DNA of 64,000 nucleotides from an uncultured Alphaproteobacteria bacterium (GTDB lineage Bacteria; Pseudomonadota; Alphaproteobacteria; Rickettsiales; Rickettsiaceae): NCBI GenBank assembly GCA_963762045.1, contig CAVXJA010000006.1, positions 44,465 to 108,464 of the forward strand, read 5' to 3'. Shown piece by piece: positions 1 to 9,226 of this stretch (position 1 is its first letter; each line of letters starts with the position of its first letter). The notes under the pieces were generated by a model. It saw only the letters and a program-made list of their open reading frames with translations, ran no database searches and was not told where the DNA came from. The position numbers and the translations under genes were made by a program.

Positions 1-170
1 GATAACATGGTATCTGATAGTGTTTTTGAGATATCAACATAGTCAAGTTTCGAACCACTTTCTATTCCAATATCAACAAGTGCAATATCTTTTGTCAATT
101 CAGAATCTTTTAACAGCTCGTTTTTTAGATCTACTCCTCTGTAATCAGAAGCAATAATTACTTCAATCAT
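1..170 (-). CDS. rpiB: ribose-5-phosphate isomerase B (RpiB/LacAB family), N-terminal part; gene continues beyond window start
   Basis: Own translation of the minus strand from ATG at 168-170 gives MIEVIIASDYRGVDLKNELLKDSELTKDIALVDIGIESGSKLDYVDISKTL. This fits the RpiB N-terminal pattern (GSDH/Y.G..LK....L......D.G......DY). It is not in the ORF track because it is truncated by the window edge. Confidence 0.55.
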   Translation of the reverse strand, partial: MIEVIIASDYRGVDLKNELLKDSELTKDIALVDIGIESGSKLDYVDISKTLSDTML

Positions 171-185
171 CCTAACCCCACATAT

Positions 186-1283
186 TTAATTATATATTTT
201 GATATTCACATTTTTATATTTTTCTCTGAGCTTACGTACTAATTCTGAAGAAATTAATGTGTTATTAAAAAGAATAAGTAAGGATAATTTACGGCAGTTT
301 GTAAATAGTGATTTTAATGAATTCTCATTAATCAATTCACATCCACTTAAATCAAGTGATTGCAGCTCAGGGCAATTGTTAGAAAGATCAATTAATGTTT
401 CAGGAGTAATATATTTATGCCATGCAAGATCTAAGGATTTAATATTATTGCAGTCGTTAACTAATTTAACTAAGTCTTGATTTGTGATATTATCATCTCT
501 ATAAACTCCTCTTAGATTTAACTTTTCTAAATTGAGACCTATATTGCATAAAGATTCTATTACTTTTCCGTCTACACCGTGACACCTTTTGAGATGTATA
601 GCAGAAAATTTATTATGAACATTAAATAAATTTGAGAAAGCATCAGAGGATATCTTTTCATTTCCCCTGATATCAAAAACTTTTACGGTCTCTCCGAATT
701 TTATAAGTGATTCAATTGATTTATCAGAAATACTCTTGCACCAAGCAAGGCCTAAAATTTCAAGATGTTTGCATTTTGTTAGCAACGCATACACACTTTC
801 ATCTGTTATATAACAGCTACTCACATTTATTCTTTGTAAGTTTGCAAACCCATCCGAAATAATGAATAAGCTCTGCGCTGTGATATCACACCAACTCAGG
901 TTTATCTCCTCTAGCTGGGGGCAATTATTTGCCAAGTGTCTAAGAGAGTGATCTGTAATATTAAGACAGTTTTTTAAATTTATTTTTTTTAATTTAGGAC
1001 ACAATTCAGAAATTCTTCTAATAGTCTCATCAGTAATGAGTGAATAACTATCAAAGTCTAAAAATACATTATCTTGGGATAAAACTGTTTTATAATTATC
1101 ATAATATTTATCTAGCATATTACTGACAACAACATCATCAATACTTAGATTCAAGCTAAATTTTGCACCTGAATTTACTAATGTTGCGTATCTTGTTAAA
1201 TCCTTGTAGTCAATTATTTTATTAAAATCATATGATTTTACCATTCTCTCTGAATCTAGATCATTTCTAACAACTCCTGCCAT
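186..1283 (-). CDS. leucine-rich repeat protein, cysteine-containing FBXL/AMN1-like LRR subtype (eukaryote-like)
   Basis: 365-aa ORF with ~26-aa repeats of the form L..L.L..C..ITD..L..L...C..L. Examples are LKKINLKNCLNITDHSLRHLANNCPQLEEINLSWCDITAQSL, CKHLEILGLAWCKSISDKSI and CPELQSLDLSGCELINENSL. Confidence 0.75.
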   Translation of the reverse strand: MAGVVRNDLDSERMVKSYDFNKIIDYKDLTRYATLVNSGAKFSLNLSIDDVVVSNMLDKYYDNYKTVLSQDNVFLDFDSYSLITDETIRRISELCPKLKKINLKNCLNITDHSLRHLANNCPQLEEINLSWCDITAQSLFIISDGFANLQRINVSSCYITDESVYALLTKCKHLEILGLAWCKSISDKSIESLIKFGETVKVFDIRGNEKISSDAFSNLFNVHNKFSAIHLKRCHGVDGKVIESLCNIGLNLEKLNLRGVYRDDNITNQDLVKLVNDCNNIKSLDLAWHKYITPETLIDLSNNCPELQSLDLSGCELINENSLKSLFTNCRKLSLLILFNNTLISSELVRKLREKYKNVNIKIYN

Positions 1284-1293
1284 AAAGCCCTCA

Positions 1294-1650
1294 CTAATAT
1301 TTAAAGTTATATAACAAATTTATGTCTTGTATTTCACACTTATCAAATTTTCTATTGATAAAATCATGAAATTTTTCATCAACAATATTCCCATCATGAT
1401 AATAGTTAATATTCACGCTCGTAACATTAACGCTGTATTTCTTATTAAGCAGCCCTAGAACTTTTTGCAATCTATATGCTTCTGGTCTATAATGACCGCT
1501 TTCGTTACTGATATATGTAAGCCGTCCATTACTGACTTTTATATTACCAGCGCCAAGTAAGGGCTTCCCTTTAGAAAGAGAGGTATGTTTGAGAGAATTT
1601 GACGATTTTGCTATAAATATATCTCCCTCAAGAGTAATATAATATTTGTA
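1294..1650 (-). pseudogene. start-less C-terminal gene fragment, family unknown
   Basis: Own translation shows 118 sense codons open on the minus strand with no in-frame ATG: ..ITLEGDIFIAKSSNSLKHTSLSKGKPLLGAGNIKVSNGRLTYISNESGHYRPEAYRLQKVLGLLNKKYSVNVTSVNINYYHDGNIVDEKFHDFINRKFDKCEIQDINLLYNFKY*. The frame is bounded upstream by TAA at 1651-1653. Confidence 0.4.
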
Positions 1651-1801
1651 TTATCAAAAATCATAATTTACCACTTCAGGGTCAATTGCTTTGCAAAAAA
1701 ACATTTTATTGAAGTCTAATACTTATGTCAAATACAATTTATCTCAATTCGCGATAAGATCATAGTTTAGAGGCAAATCAAAGTTACAATTTATCGAAGG
1801 T

Positions 1802-1939
1802 TTATTTTTCTTTAAGCAATAAGAAATGAAAGCATATAAGTATATGTACAAAAGTATTTATGGGAGATCTATGCCTGGTATGCTCAAGATTCATCTTATT
1901 TTTCAAATAATCAAACACGATTTCTATTATATTTCGTTT
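1802..1939 (-). mobile_element. short transposase C-terminal remnant (DDE-type IS, family uncertain)
   Basis: Own translation gives KRNIIEIVFDYLKNKMNLEHTRHRSPINTFVHILICFHFLLLKEK*. This resembles the conserved C-terminal tail of IS982/IS4-like transposases (..IE..F..LK....LE..RHRS..NF). An in-frame TGA lies immediately upstream and no catalytic region is present. Confidence 0.3.
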
Positions 1940-2025
1940 TCATAGCATCATTTTTTTCTTTAAATTCATTAATTTATTTGGCATAGCCATAGAGCATAGG
2001 CAAAGCGGCAATTATTTTGAACTTA

Positions 2026-2139
2026 GTATAGCCAATTATGTTAAAGTTTGAGTAAGAGCGGACATGAGCAAAGCCTATGCACTTAAAGGCTCCGCGCGAA
2101 GGGGCGGCTCGCCTAAAAGCTCAATTTAATTAGCTATAC
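2026..2139. repeat. palindromic MITE-like element, variant termini GTATAGCCAATTA / TAATTAGCTATAC
   Basis: Terminal inverted repeats were read directly. The GC-rich core (gagcggacatgagcaaagcctat...ggctccgcgcgaaggggcggctcgcc) is shared with the copies at 23095-23208 and 42641-42888. Confidence 0.7.
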
Positions 2140-2183
2140 TTATCTCAAAAAGTTATTATTAGCATCAGCTCGTCTATAAATCT

Positions 2184-3413
2184 TCACTCTTTCAAGTGCT
2201 CATATAATGAGCTTTCACTACCGGAAGATAAATTCTCACTTTGATGCTGCAAAATCGGCGCCGTTTTTTCATCAATAATTAAGTCATTTATTAGGCTAAC
2301 AGTGCCATGATCTTGCTCATGATCTTGATCATTTTCATGAGTATTAGCAGAAGAATTTTGCAACTCATCTTGAGTAAAAGCGTAATCTTGTGTAAACGTA
2401 TGAGCTTGAGCACTGCCTTGAGTGCTGTTTTGCAACTCATCTTGAGAAAGATCCTCAGGAAAGTATTTATGGATCACTTTCATCACTTCCTTATGAGTAT
2501 CATCATTTATATATTCTTCAAATATTTCATATAATTCATCTAATATTTTATTCTTTTCTTCGCTGTTTCTTGCTCTTCCTATTTGCACTTCTTTGATGAA
2601 GCTCAGTAACATATCTAGTTTTTCCTTATTTACATACTTAAAAGCTTCTTGAAAAACATACTTACTATCAAAAACATTTAACTCAGGATGCTTCTCTAAA
2701 AACCATGTTAGAGCCTTCTGTTCCTTAAATGCAATAGCAAAAGTCATGGAATTTGGATCATAATATTTACTTAGCTCCTGCATAACGTCTAAGCTTGGCG
2801 GCTCCATCGCGATTATCATATTCAATGTATCCTTCATTCTCTCTACAAGTTCGCTCTTCTCTTCAAGAGTTGATGCGCGGGCGATTTGTACTTCTTCAAA
2901 ATATTTAATTAATGCTCTTATAGTAAACACCCTATTGGTAGCTATATTATACCATATCGCATCTCCATTATTCTCAAGTATATCTACTTCATAATTATTA
3001 TGCTTAAAAAATAATTCTAAAACTTCTAAATTTTCTTCGTAACTACATAATTCCTGTAAATCCCTTGTGTTATACTTCTTTAGTAAATCGAAAGCAGGAG
3101 GATGCACTGTGCCAGATTCATATATTTCTCTAACTATTACTTTCATATCTTCTTCAAGTTCTTGATGCTTCTCCGCAGACTCCTGCTCCGCATCACGCAG
3201 CTGCACCTTTTCAAAATATTTTAGTAGTATTTTCACTGTCTTATAATTCTCTGCTGATACATTCATACTTAAAGCCAGGCCTTTAGCATAAAGAATATCC
3301 AATCTCCCTTTATAAAATTCTAAAAAATTTTCAATATTAGTTATAATATGATCATTATCGCGCTCATTTGAGCATAAATTAATTAAGCGAATATTTAATT
3401 CTTCATTTGTCAT
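2184..3413 (-). CDS. hypothetical protein with three ~100-aa internal repeats and an acidic Q/E/D-rich tail
   Basis: 409-aa ORF. Each repeat ends in a conserved helix: ILLKYFEKVQLRDAEQESAEKHQELEEDM, ALIKYFEEVQIARASTLEEKSELVERM and LLSFIKEVQIGRARNSEEKNKILDEL. I recognise no family. Confidence 0.6.
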   Translation of the reverse strand: MTNEELNIRLINLCSNERDNDHIITNIENFLEFYKGRLDILYAKGLALSMNVSAENYKTVKILLKYFEKVQLRDAEQESAEKHQELEEDMKVIVREIYESGTVHPPAFDLLKKYNTRDLQELCSYEENLEVLELFFKHNNYEVDILENNGDAIWYNIATNRVFTIRALIKYFEEVQIARASTLEEKSELVERMKDTLNMIIAMEPPSLDVMQELSKYYDPNSMTFAIAFKEQKALTWFLEKHPELNVFDSKYVFQEAFKYVNKEKLDMLLSFIKEVQIGRARNSEEKNKILDELYEIFEEYINDDTHKEVMKVIHKYFPEDLSQDELQNSTQGSAQAHTFTQDYAFTQDELQNSSANTHENDQDHEQDHGTVSLINDLIIDEKTAPILQHQSENLSSGSESSLYEHLKE

Positions 3414-4030
3414 AATAATTACCTATAATTAGTTAAAATCTAGCATGCTAATTTCTTTGCCTAGTAAATTTAAATCAACTATTGCTTCTTCTTTTAAATC
3501 ATATAAATATTTTTCATAATTGCTAAGAGAAGTACAGTGATCAGTACAAAAAATTTTTTTATAATCAACGGGCTTTTCAATATGTTTAATATTAAGAACG
3601 GCTTTACTTTCAGTATTATTCTGACTAACTGATTGAAGCAAATCTAGTTTTATAGACTTATTTATAAAATCATTAATCTTTTGAAAATCTGAACATTGCT
3701 TAACTCGTATAGGAATTATTGTAAAATTATAATCCAATGTTTTATTAAATTTACTTTTATCATTAGATAAAGCCTTTAAGAACATTAGCTCTGTAAAAGA
3801 TTTTTCTTCAAGAATTAATTCAGAAGTTTTTTTTATCTTTAAAAGTTTCTATTTTTGGCTTATCTAAATTTAAGCTCATACCGATCTTCGCAGCTATGTC
3901 AATACAATCTCTGAATTGATCATATTTTGGTCCAATATTATTTGCAATTGGTTTATATATTTGCAGAGACTTATGCAAAGTTACTATTTTTACTTCACCT
4001 ATATGCTTTTTAACTTCAGCATCATTCATA

Positions 4031-4133
4031 ATCAATAACATTGAGCTTTGAGGGCGTCGCTGCTTCGCTCACTTATATTTATAGGCTTCACTCTATCCGC
4101 TCCTGCTCAAACTCTCAATCTAATTGACTATTA
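4031..4133. repeat. palindromic MITE-like element inserted in a coding region
   Basis: The core gagctttgagggcgtcgctgcttcgctcac...ctatccgctcctgctcaaactc and the terminus taattgactat match the family. It supplies the stop of ORF 4115-4384 and the ATG of ORF 3820-4041. Confidence 0.65.
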
Positions 4134-4706
4134 TCATATAAATGACTGCTGAAAGTGAAATTACTCGGGTCTATCACGATTATTTCATAACCTACTTTAC
4201 TATCTATTTTATTTTTATAAAGCACAACGCTATGAACATCCTTAACTCGATTATCTTTAGTTAAAACTTTATATTCACTATCTCTTTCTAAAATATCAAC
4301 AATAACTGTCTTTACAGATTCACTTTCAAACAAATGTTTACAGCTTTCAGCAAATACTTTTTTTTCATAGCTACTATGCTTCATTACATTTAATAAATCT
4401 TTTGTATTTTTACTACCTTGCGAAGAACTACTATTATTGCTTCCTTTACTAGGTCTACTTTGATTATTATTATTACTACTACCACGGCTAGATTTACTTA
4501 AATTTTCTATAAATTCCTGAGTAATAACTTTTTCTTCTTCAAGCTCCTTTGCACTAATGCAAGAAGGATTAATGCCATATCTTAATATTTCATTTTCTTT
4601 AAAGCCGAATTTTTCTATAAAATATATGAAATTCTCATCTATATCTATTAAATTTCTCTCTAAAAAAGTATCAGGGGTTATGGAATATGCGCTTGTTGAA
4701 CTAATG

Positions 4707-4809
4707 TATAGTCAATTAGATTGAAGTTTGAGTAGGAACCATGAGAGAAGCCTATAAATATAGGTGAACGAAGCAGTGACACCCTTGGGACTTCATTGTT
4801 ATTGACTAT
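4707..4809. repeat. palindromic MITE-like element inserted in a coding region
   Basis: Termini are tatagtcaat (4707-4716) and attgactat (4801-4809), with the family core ttgaagtttgagtaggaacc... Confidence 0.7.
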
Positions 4810-5041
4810 CTTCTTTTGAAGCTTTTTTATATTCTTCCCTAATATTAAGATTAAAATCTCTCGCTTTGTACCATTTGGTGCAATCATGACTGCGGATGGG
4901 CAGGAAAGTTTCATTTTTTGACATTGTTGCCTCTTAAAAACTCACAATTTATAAGCATATATTAACTGCTTTTTATAAATATGTCAATAAAGATTTAACC
5001 ATAAATTAGTTCAAGTAATTTATTTTTAACTTTACGTATAA

Positions 5042-5146
5042 TATAATTAATTTTGAGCAGGAACGAATAAAGCGAATATTATATACTAATCGCGTGATGC
5101 GAATCTATCTGCGCGCCTCGGGACCTCTAATAGTTATTTGACTATA
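5042..5146. repeat. palindromic MITE-like element overlapping the pntB stop codon
   Basis: Termini are tataattaa ... ttatttgactata. The pntB TAG (complement of 5142-5144) lies inside the right terminus. Confidence 0.6.
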
Positions 5147-6530
5147 AGGATTTAACGATCTCTTCGACAATAGCTTTAGCATCACCAAAAAGCATATAGG
5201 TATTATTATGGAAGAACAGCTCATTTTGCACTCCCGCATAGCCAGAGGCCATCGAACGCTTAATAAAATATATAGTTTTAGCTTGTTGAGCTTCTAAAAT
5301 TGGCATACCGTAAATCGGACTACTTTTATCAGTTTTGGCAGCTGGATTGGTAATGTCATTAGCGCCAATAACTAGAACTATATCTGTTGAGTTAAATTCA
5401 CTATTTATATCCTCTAATTCGAAAACATCATCATAATCAATATTTGCCTCAGCAAGCAGTACATTCATATGCCCTGGCATGCGCCCTGCCACTGGATGAA
5501 TTGCAAATTTAACCCCTATTCCTTGTTTTTTTAGCAAATCTCTCATTTCTTTTATTGCGTGCTGCGCTTTGGCAACCGCCATGCCGTAACCAGGCACGAT
5601 AATGATATTTTCAGCTTGCTTCATCTGAAAAGCTGCTTCTTCTGCATTTGCCACCTGAGGCTCCCTACCCTCACTTTCAGCAAATTCTCCAGTTTCGCTT
5701 TGGGCTTTAAAAGCTCCAAATATAACATTAAATAGTGAACGATTCATAGCCGCGCACATTATATAACTTAATATAGCTCCGCTTGCGCCAACTAAAGCTC
5801 CAGTAATTATTAATAACTTATTATTTAATGTAAAGCCAATACCAGCCGCTGCCCAGCCCGAATATGAATTAAGCATTGAAACAATCACTGGCATATCAGC
5901 GCCGCCAACAGGCGCTATGAGTAATATCCCAAATGCGCTCGCAAGCAAGATAAGCGCATAAAATATAAATGGATTGCTTGTTTGCATTAATTCATAAACT
6001 AAATAAATAATTAATGCCGCTGTCAATATGCAAACATATTGTTGAAACATAAATTTTATTGGCTTTGATGTGAGCATACCCTGAAGTTTCGCAAAAGCAA
6101 TGATGGAACCCGTGAAAGTGATGGCTCCAATGACGGCTCCAACAGACATTTCAAGCAAAGCACTTTGAGAAAGCGAGCCATAACTACCAATGCCAAAATT
6201 CTCAGGATTACTAAAGGCGCTGATAGCCACAAGCACAGCTGCAAGCCCAACAAAAGAGTGGAAACCCGCCACTAGCTCTGGCATAGAGGTCATTGGAATT
6301 TTTTTAGCTATGATTATGCCGACAAAGGCGCCAGCCATAATAACCGCAGACACGACAAAATAATTTGTAAAACTAGGTTTTAAGAAAGTTGCGCCAATCG
6401 CAAGCCCCATACCAAGTATGCCAACATAATTACCAAGCCTTGCTGTATCCGGCTTTGCTAAAAATTTTAAAGATAAAATAAAAGCTATAGCAGAAACTAA
6501 ATATATTGATTCAATTATATATGCACACAT
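5142..6530 (-). CDS. pntB: NAD(P) transhydrogenase subunit beta
   Basis: 462 aa with a multi-pass hydrophobic N-terminal half. The soluble C-terminal domain carries GYGMAVAKAQH and GANDITNPAA, typical of PntB domain III. Confidence 0.9.
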   Translation of the reverse strand: MCAYIIESIYLVSAIAFILSLKFLAKPDTARLGNYVGILGMGLAIGATFLKPSFTNYFVVSAVIMAGAFVGIIIAKKIPMTSMPELVAGFHSFVGLAAVLVAISAFSNPENFGIGSYGSLSQSALLEMSVGAVIGAITFTGSIIAFAKLQGMLTSKPIKFMFQQYVCILTAALIIYLVYELMQTSNPFIFYALILLASAFGILLIAPVGGADMPVIVSMLNSYSGWAAAGIGFTLNNKLLIITGALVGASGAILSYIMCAAMNRSLFNVIFGAFKAQSETGEFAESEGREPQVANAEEAAFQMKQAENIIIVPGYGMAVAKAQHAIKEMRDLLKKQGIGVKFAIHPVAGRMPGHMNVLLAEANIDYDDVFELEDINSEFNSTDIVLVIGANDITNPAAKTDKSSPIYGMPILEAQQAKTIYFIKRSMASGYAGVQNELFFHNNTYMLFGDAKAIVEEIVKSL

Positions 6531-6541
6531 ATTATTCCTTT

Positions 6542-9181
6542 TTACTTAATTTTACCCAAAACCTCGCTAGCATGATTACTAACAGAAACATTTGGCCAGA
6601 TATATTCTATAACACCTTTTTCATCAATTAGAAACGTAGATCTGGTTATACCCATATATTTTTTACCAAACATCGACTTCTGTGCATAGGTACCAAATTT
6701 TTTGCAAATATCACATTCTTCATCGCTTGCAAGCTCAATGGTCAAATTATGCCTTTTAATAAATTTTTCATGCGACAGAGCGCTATCCTTTGACACACCT
6801 ATGACTATGGCGTTCTTTTTTTCAAATTCACCCTTCAGTTCGCTAAAGTCTCTTGCTTCAATAGTGCAACCTGGAGTATCATCTTTGGGATAAAAATATA
6901 AAACTACCTTCTTACCTTTAAGATCTGAAAGTTTTATGCTTTTCTTATTGCCTATCTTGATTATTGCATCAGGCGCTTTATCGCCAACTTTTAAACCTAC
7001 TTCATTATCTGAATTTGCCATATCTATAACCTTATTTTTATTATGAGCATTTGCTCCCTTTAACATTATCAAATCTTCACCTAAAAGCAAGGAGGAGTTT
7101 TTATTTAATATGCTGCGGTATAATTGCACATTCTCTAGCACCCTTTGCACGTAAGTTCTAGTCTCACCATATGCAATTAGCTCAATCCAATCAACGACCT
7201 TATCAATATCTGTAAAAGTTCGAGGGTCGCCATGAATATCCATCCACGAGCCTGCAATGGGTCCAGCATTATAAGCTGCTATTGCGAGTATGTAAGAACC
7301 TTTAAATTTTTGAAGCAAATTATGTAGATAATTAGTCCCTAATGTTATATTATATTCAGCATCCCTAGTTAATCTTGATGTAACGCACTTCATTTTAATT
7401 TTTGTAGCACTTTCACAAGCAGTTGAATCAATTAATTGCATTAGGCCTTTCGCTTTAGCGCTACTATAAGCCCCTAGCTCAAAAACTGATTCTTGTTTAA
7501 TAATGGCGTAAGTTAGAGCCTGCTCAATAGGCAATTTATTCAATTTAAAAGGCGTTGGAGCAACTAGGTTTTTAATGAATATATGTTTTTGAGTAGCCAT
7601 TTTCGCAAACCAAGAAGAATAATGGATATTTCCAAGCTTATTTAAAGCCGCAGCGAATTTAAAAATCTTAGTTTGATCTTTAGTATTTAACGCAACATGC
7701 TTTAGAAAATGCCTAACTTCTGCGGGCTTACCATATTTAGCTATAAGCAATGCAACGTCAAGCATCATATCTTTTTGCATTAAACTGGCTTCAGGCAGCT
7801 TAATATTATCAGGCATTTTCAAAGTGGTTTTATTTAGCTTAAGCGCGGCAAGCTGTCCGTAATATGTATATGGATATGTACTTGCTGCTTCATTGAAATA
7901 GTAATTAGCCGACTCAATGTTATTTAAAGCCGCAGCAGACATACCTTGCCAATAGAGCCCTCTTGCTCTGCTAATTGGAGTTTTAACCACATTCATAAAT
8001 TTACTAAAATGCTTCATAGCTATTTCAGGGTTATTTAAGAATCTTAATGCAAGCCAACCTGCCAAAAATTCACTATCGGCTACATTCGAAGGGCTCACTG
8101 AAAAATGCATACTTATAACTTTATATGCATTGGCGAATTTTTTATCTTGAATAAATTCTCTCGTGATATATGTAATTACTGGGAAAAAATTATCACCATA
8201 CAGTTTATTCTTTGCAGCTGTTTTAAGCAAATTCGTAATTTTTTCGATAGGTAGGCGTTCTTTTTTCTGATAATTAAGATAATGATATATCAGACCTGGC
8301 GTATGAAAATTTGCAGGAACTTGTTCAAATAATTTTAATGCATTACGGTGCTTTTGGAGAAGCGCTATTTGAGCTTTAAAAGAATTTGCATGTTTTTTAT
8401 TAATAAGCTCAAAAAGCCTTAGCGCAGCTGTGACTTCCCCATTAATCAGATGATGATCAATTTTTTTCACATGGTCAAGTTCAGATAATGCCGCGCCAAA
8501 TTTCTTTAAATAATCTTTAGCTTCAATGTCGGTAAAGTCACCATAAATCCAACCTTCTTTAATTTCAGTTGTATGCTCTTTAAGATTATTCCCCGAATGT
8601 AATAATGCTCTTAACTTATAACCAGCTTTTGACAAAGGGCGATGCGTTTTAAACCACTCGGTAGCTGGCTTTATCATTTTTTTATCAAGCATGATTTTTT
8701 CAAGCTTACTTTTAAGAAGGCTACTGCCCGGCCAATGTGAGTGCTTATTTATAAAATTATGTAGCTCGGTATATTCAAGTTCATTTGCTTGCAAGCTCTG
8801 AAATTTTTTATATGTAATATATTCCTTAAGAGCAGGATTATTTATTTGATTAGATTTTTCATAAGCTTTACTGAATTTTTCCTTCTCTATAAGAGCAAAA
8901 GTATCAGAAATTGCGTCTTTAGGCGTTTTAACAATGTTTACATCTCTAATCAATTCCTTAGTAGGCGATTTTTTGACATGTAATTTATTCTTTGGTTGAG
9001 GTAATTTTTTAGCGAGAGGTTTCTTATCATTTAAAGAAATTTTATTTTTTAGTTGAATAGTAGGCTTAGCATTCTTTTGGCTTTTTACTTTTTGCTCGGC
9101 ATAGGAAGCGTAATTTAAACCTGAAAGCAGAGTTAATATAACTAAACTTGTTGACAAATATTTTAATATTTTGATAATCAT
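6542..9181 (-). CDS. slt: soluble lytic murein transglycosylase (Slt70-like) fused in frame to a Bcp/PrxQ-type peroxiredoxin module
   Basis: 879-aa ORF with a signal-like N-terminus (LSTSLVILTLLSGLNYASYA). Transglycosylase motifs are IIKQESVFE, GLMQL and AYNAGP. The last 159 aa (6542-7021, from internal ATG MANSDNEVGLKVGDKAPD) carry the peroxiredoxin motif FYPKDDTPGCT. No stop codon separates the two parts. Confidence 0.8.
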   Translation of the reverse strand: MIIKILKYLSTSLVILTLLSGLNYASYAEQKVKSQKNAKPTIQLKNKISLNDKKPLAKKLPQPKNKLHVKKSPTKELIRDVNIVKTPKDAISDTFALIEKEKFSKAYEKSNQINNPALKEYITYKKFQSLQANELEYTELHNFINKHSHWPGSSLLKSKLEKIMLDKKMIKPATEWFKTHRPLSKAGYKLRALLHSGNNLKEHTTEIKEGWIYGDFTDIEAKDYLKKFGAALSELDHVKKIDHHLINGEVTAALRLFELINKKHANSFKAQIALLQKHRNALKLFEQVPANFHTPGLIYHYLNYQKKERLPIEKITNLLKTAAKNKLYGDNFFPVITYITREFIQDKKFANAYKVISMHFSVSPSNVADSEFLAGWLALRFLNNPEIAMKHFSKFMNVVKTPISRARGLYWQGMSAAALNNIESANYYFNEAASTYPYTYYGQLAALKLNKTTLKMPDNIKLPEASLMQKDMMLDVALLIAKYGKPAEVRHFLKHVALNTKDQTKIFKFAAALNKLGNIHYSSWFAKMATQKHIFIKNLVAPTPFKLNKLPIEQALTYAIIKQESVFELGAYSSAKAKGLMQLIDSTACESATKIKMKCVTSRLTRDAEYNITLGTNYLHNLLQKFKGSYILAIAAYNAGPIAGSWMDIHGDPRTFTDIDKVVDWIELIAYGETRTYVQRVLENVQLYRSILNKNSSLLLGEDLIMLKGANAHNKNKVIDMANSDNEVGLKVGDKAPDAIIKIGNKKSIKLSDLKGKKVVLYFYPKDDTPGCTIEARDFSELKGEFEKKNAIVIGVSKDSALSHEKFIKRHNLTIELASDEECDICKKFGTYAQKSMFGKKYMGITRSTFLIDEKGVIEYIWPNVSVSNHASEVLGKIK

Positions 9182-9226
9182 GCTGACAGTTATTTAAATT
9201 ATTAATTCTAAATATAAAAAAATAGT

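Larger units (their letters stand above)
3429..4914 (-). pseudogene. one ancestral gene broken into four pieces by two palindromic-element insertions and one homopolymer frameshift; possible CE-clan (Ulp1/ChlaDub-like) cysteine protease
   Basis: The track ORFs 4678-4914, 4115-4384, 3820-4041 and 3429-3785 are the pieces. A start-less open frame also continues upstream of the 4384 ATG to about 4711. The breaks coincide with elements at 4707-4809 and 4031-4133. The third break is an A8 run (T8 on the + strand, 3827-3834); removing one A joins ..ETFKDKK to TSELILEEKSFTELMFLKALSND. The protease signature is explained in findings. Confidence 0.55.

Noticed and set aside
4678-4914. 78-aa ORF as an independent gene
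   Set aside because: Its C-terminal half is translated palindromic-element sequence (4707-4809). Only the first ~35 codons are unique, so it is interpreted as the orphaned 5' end of the fragmented gene 3429-4914.
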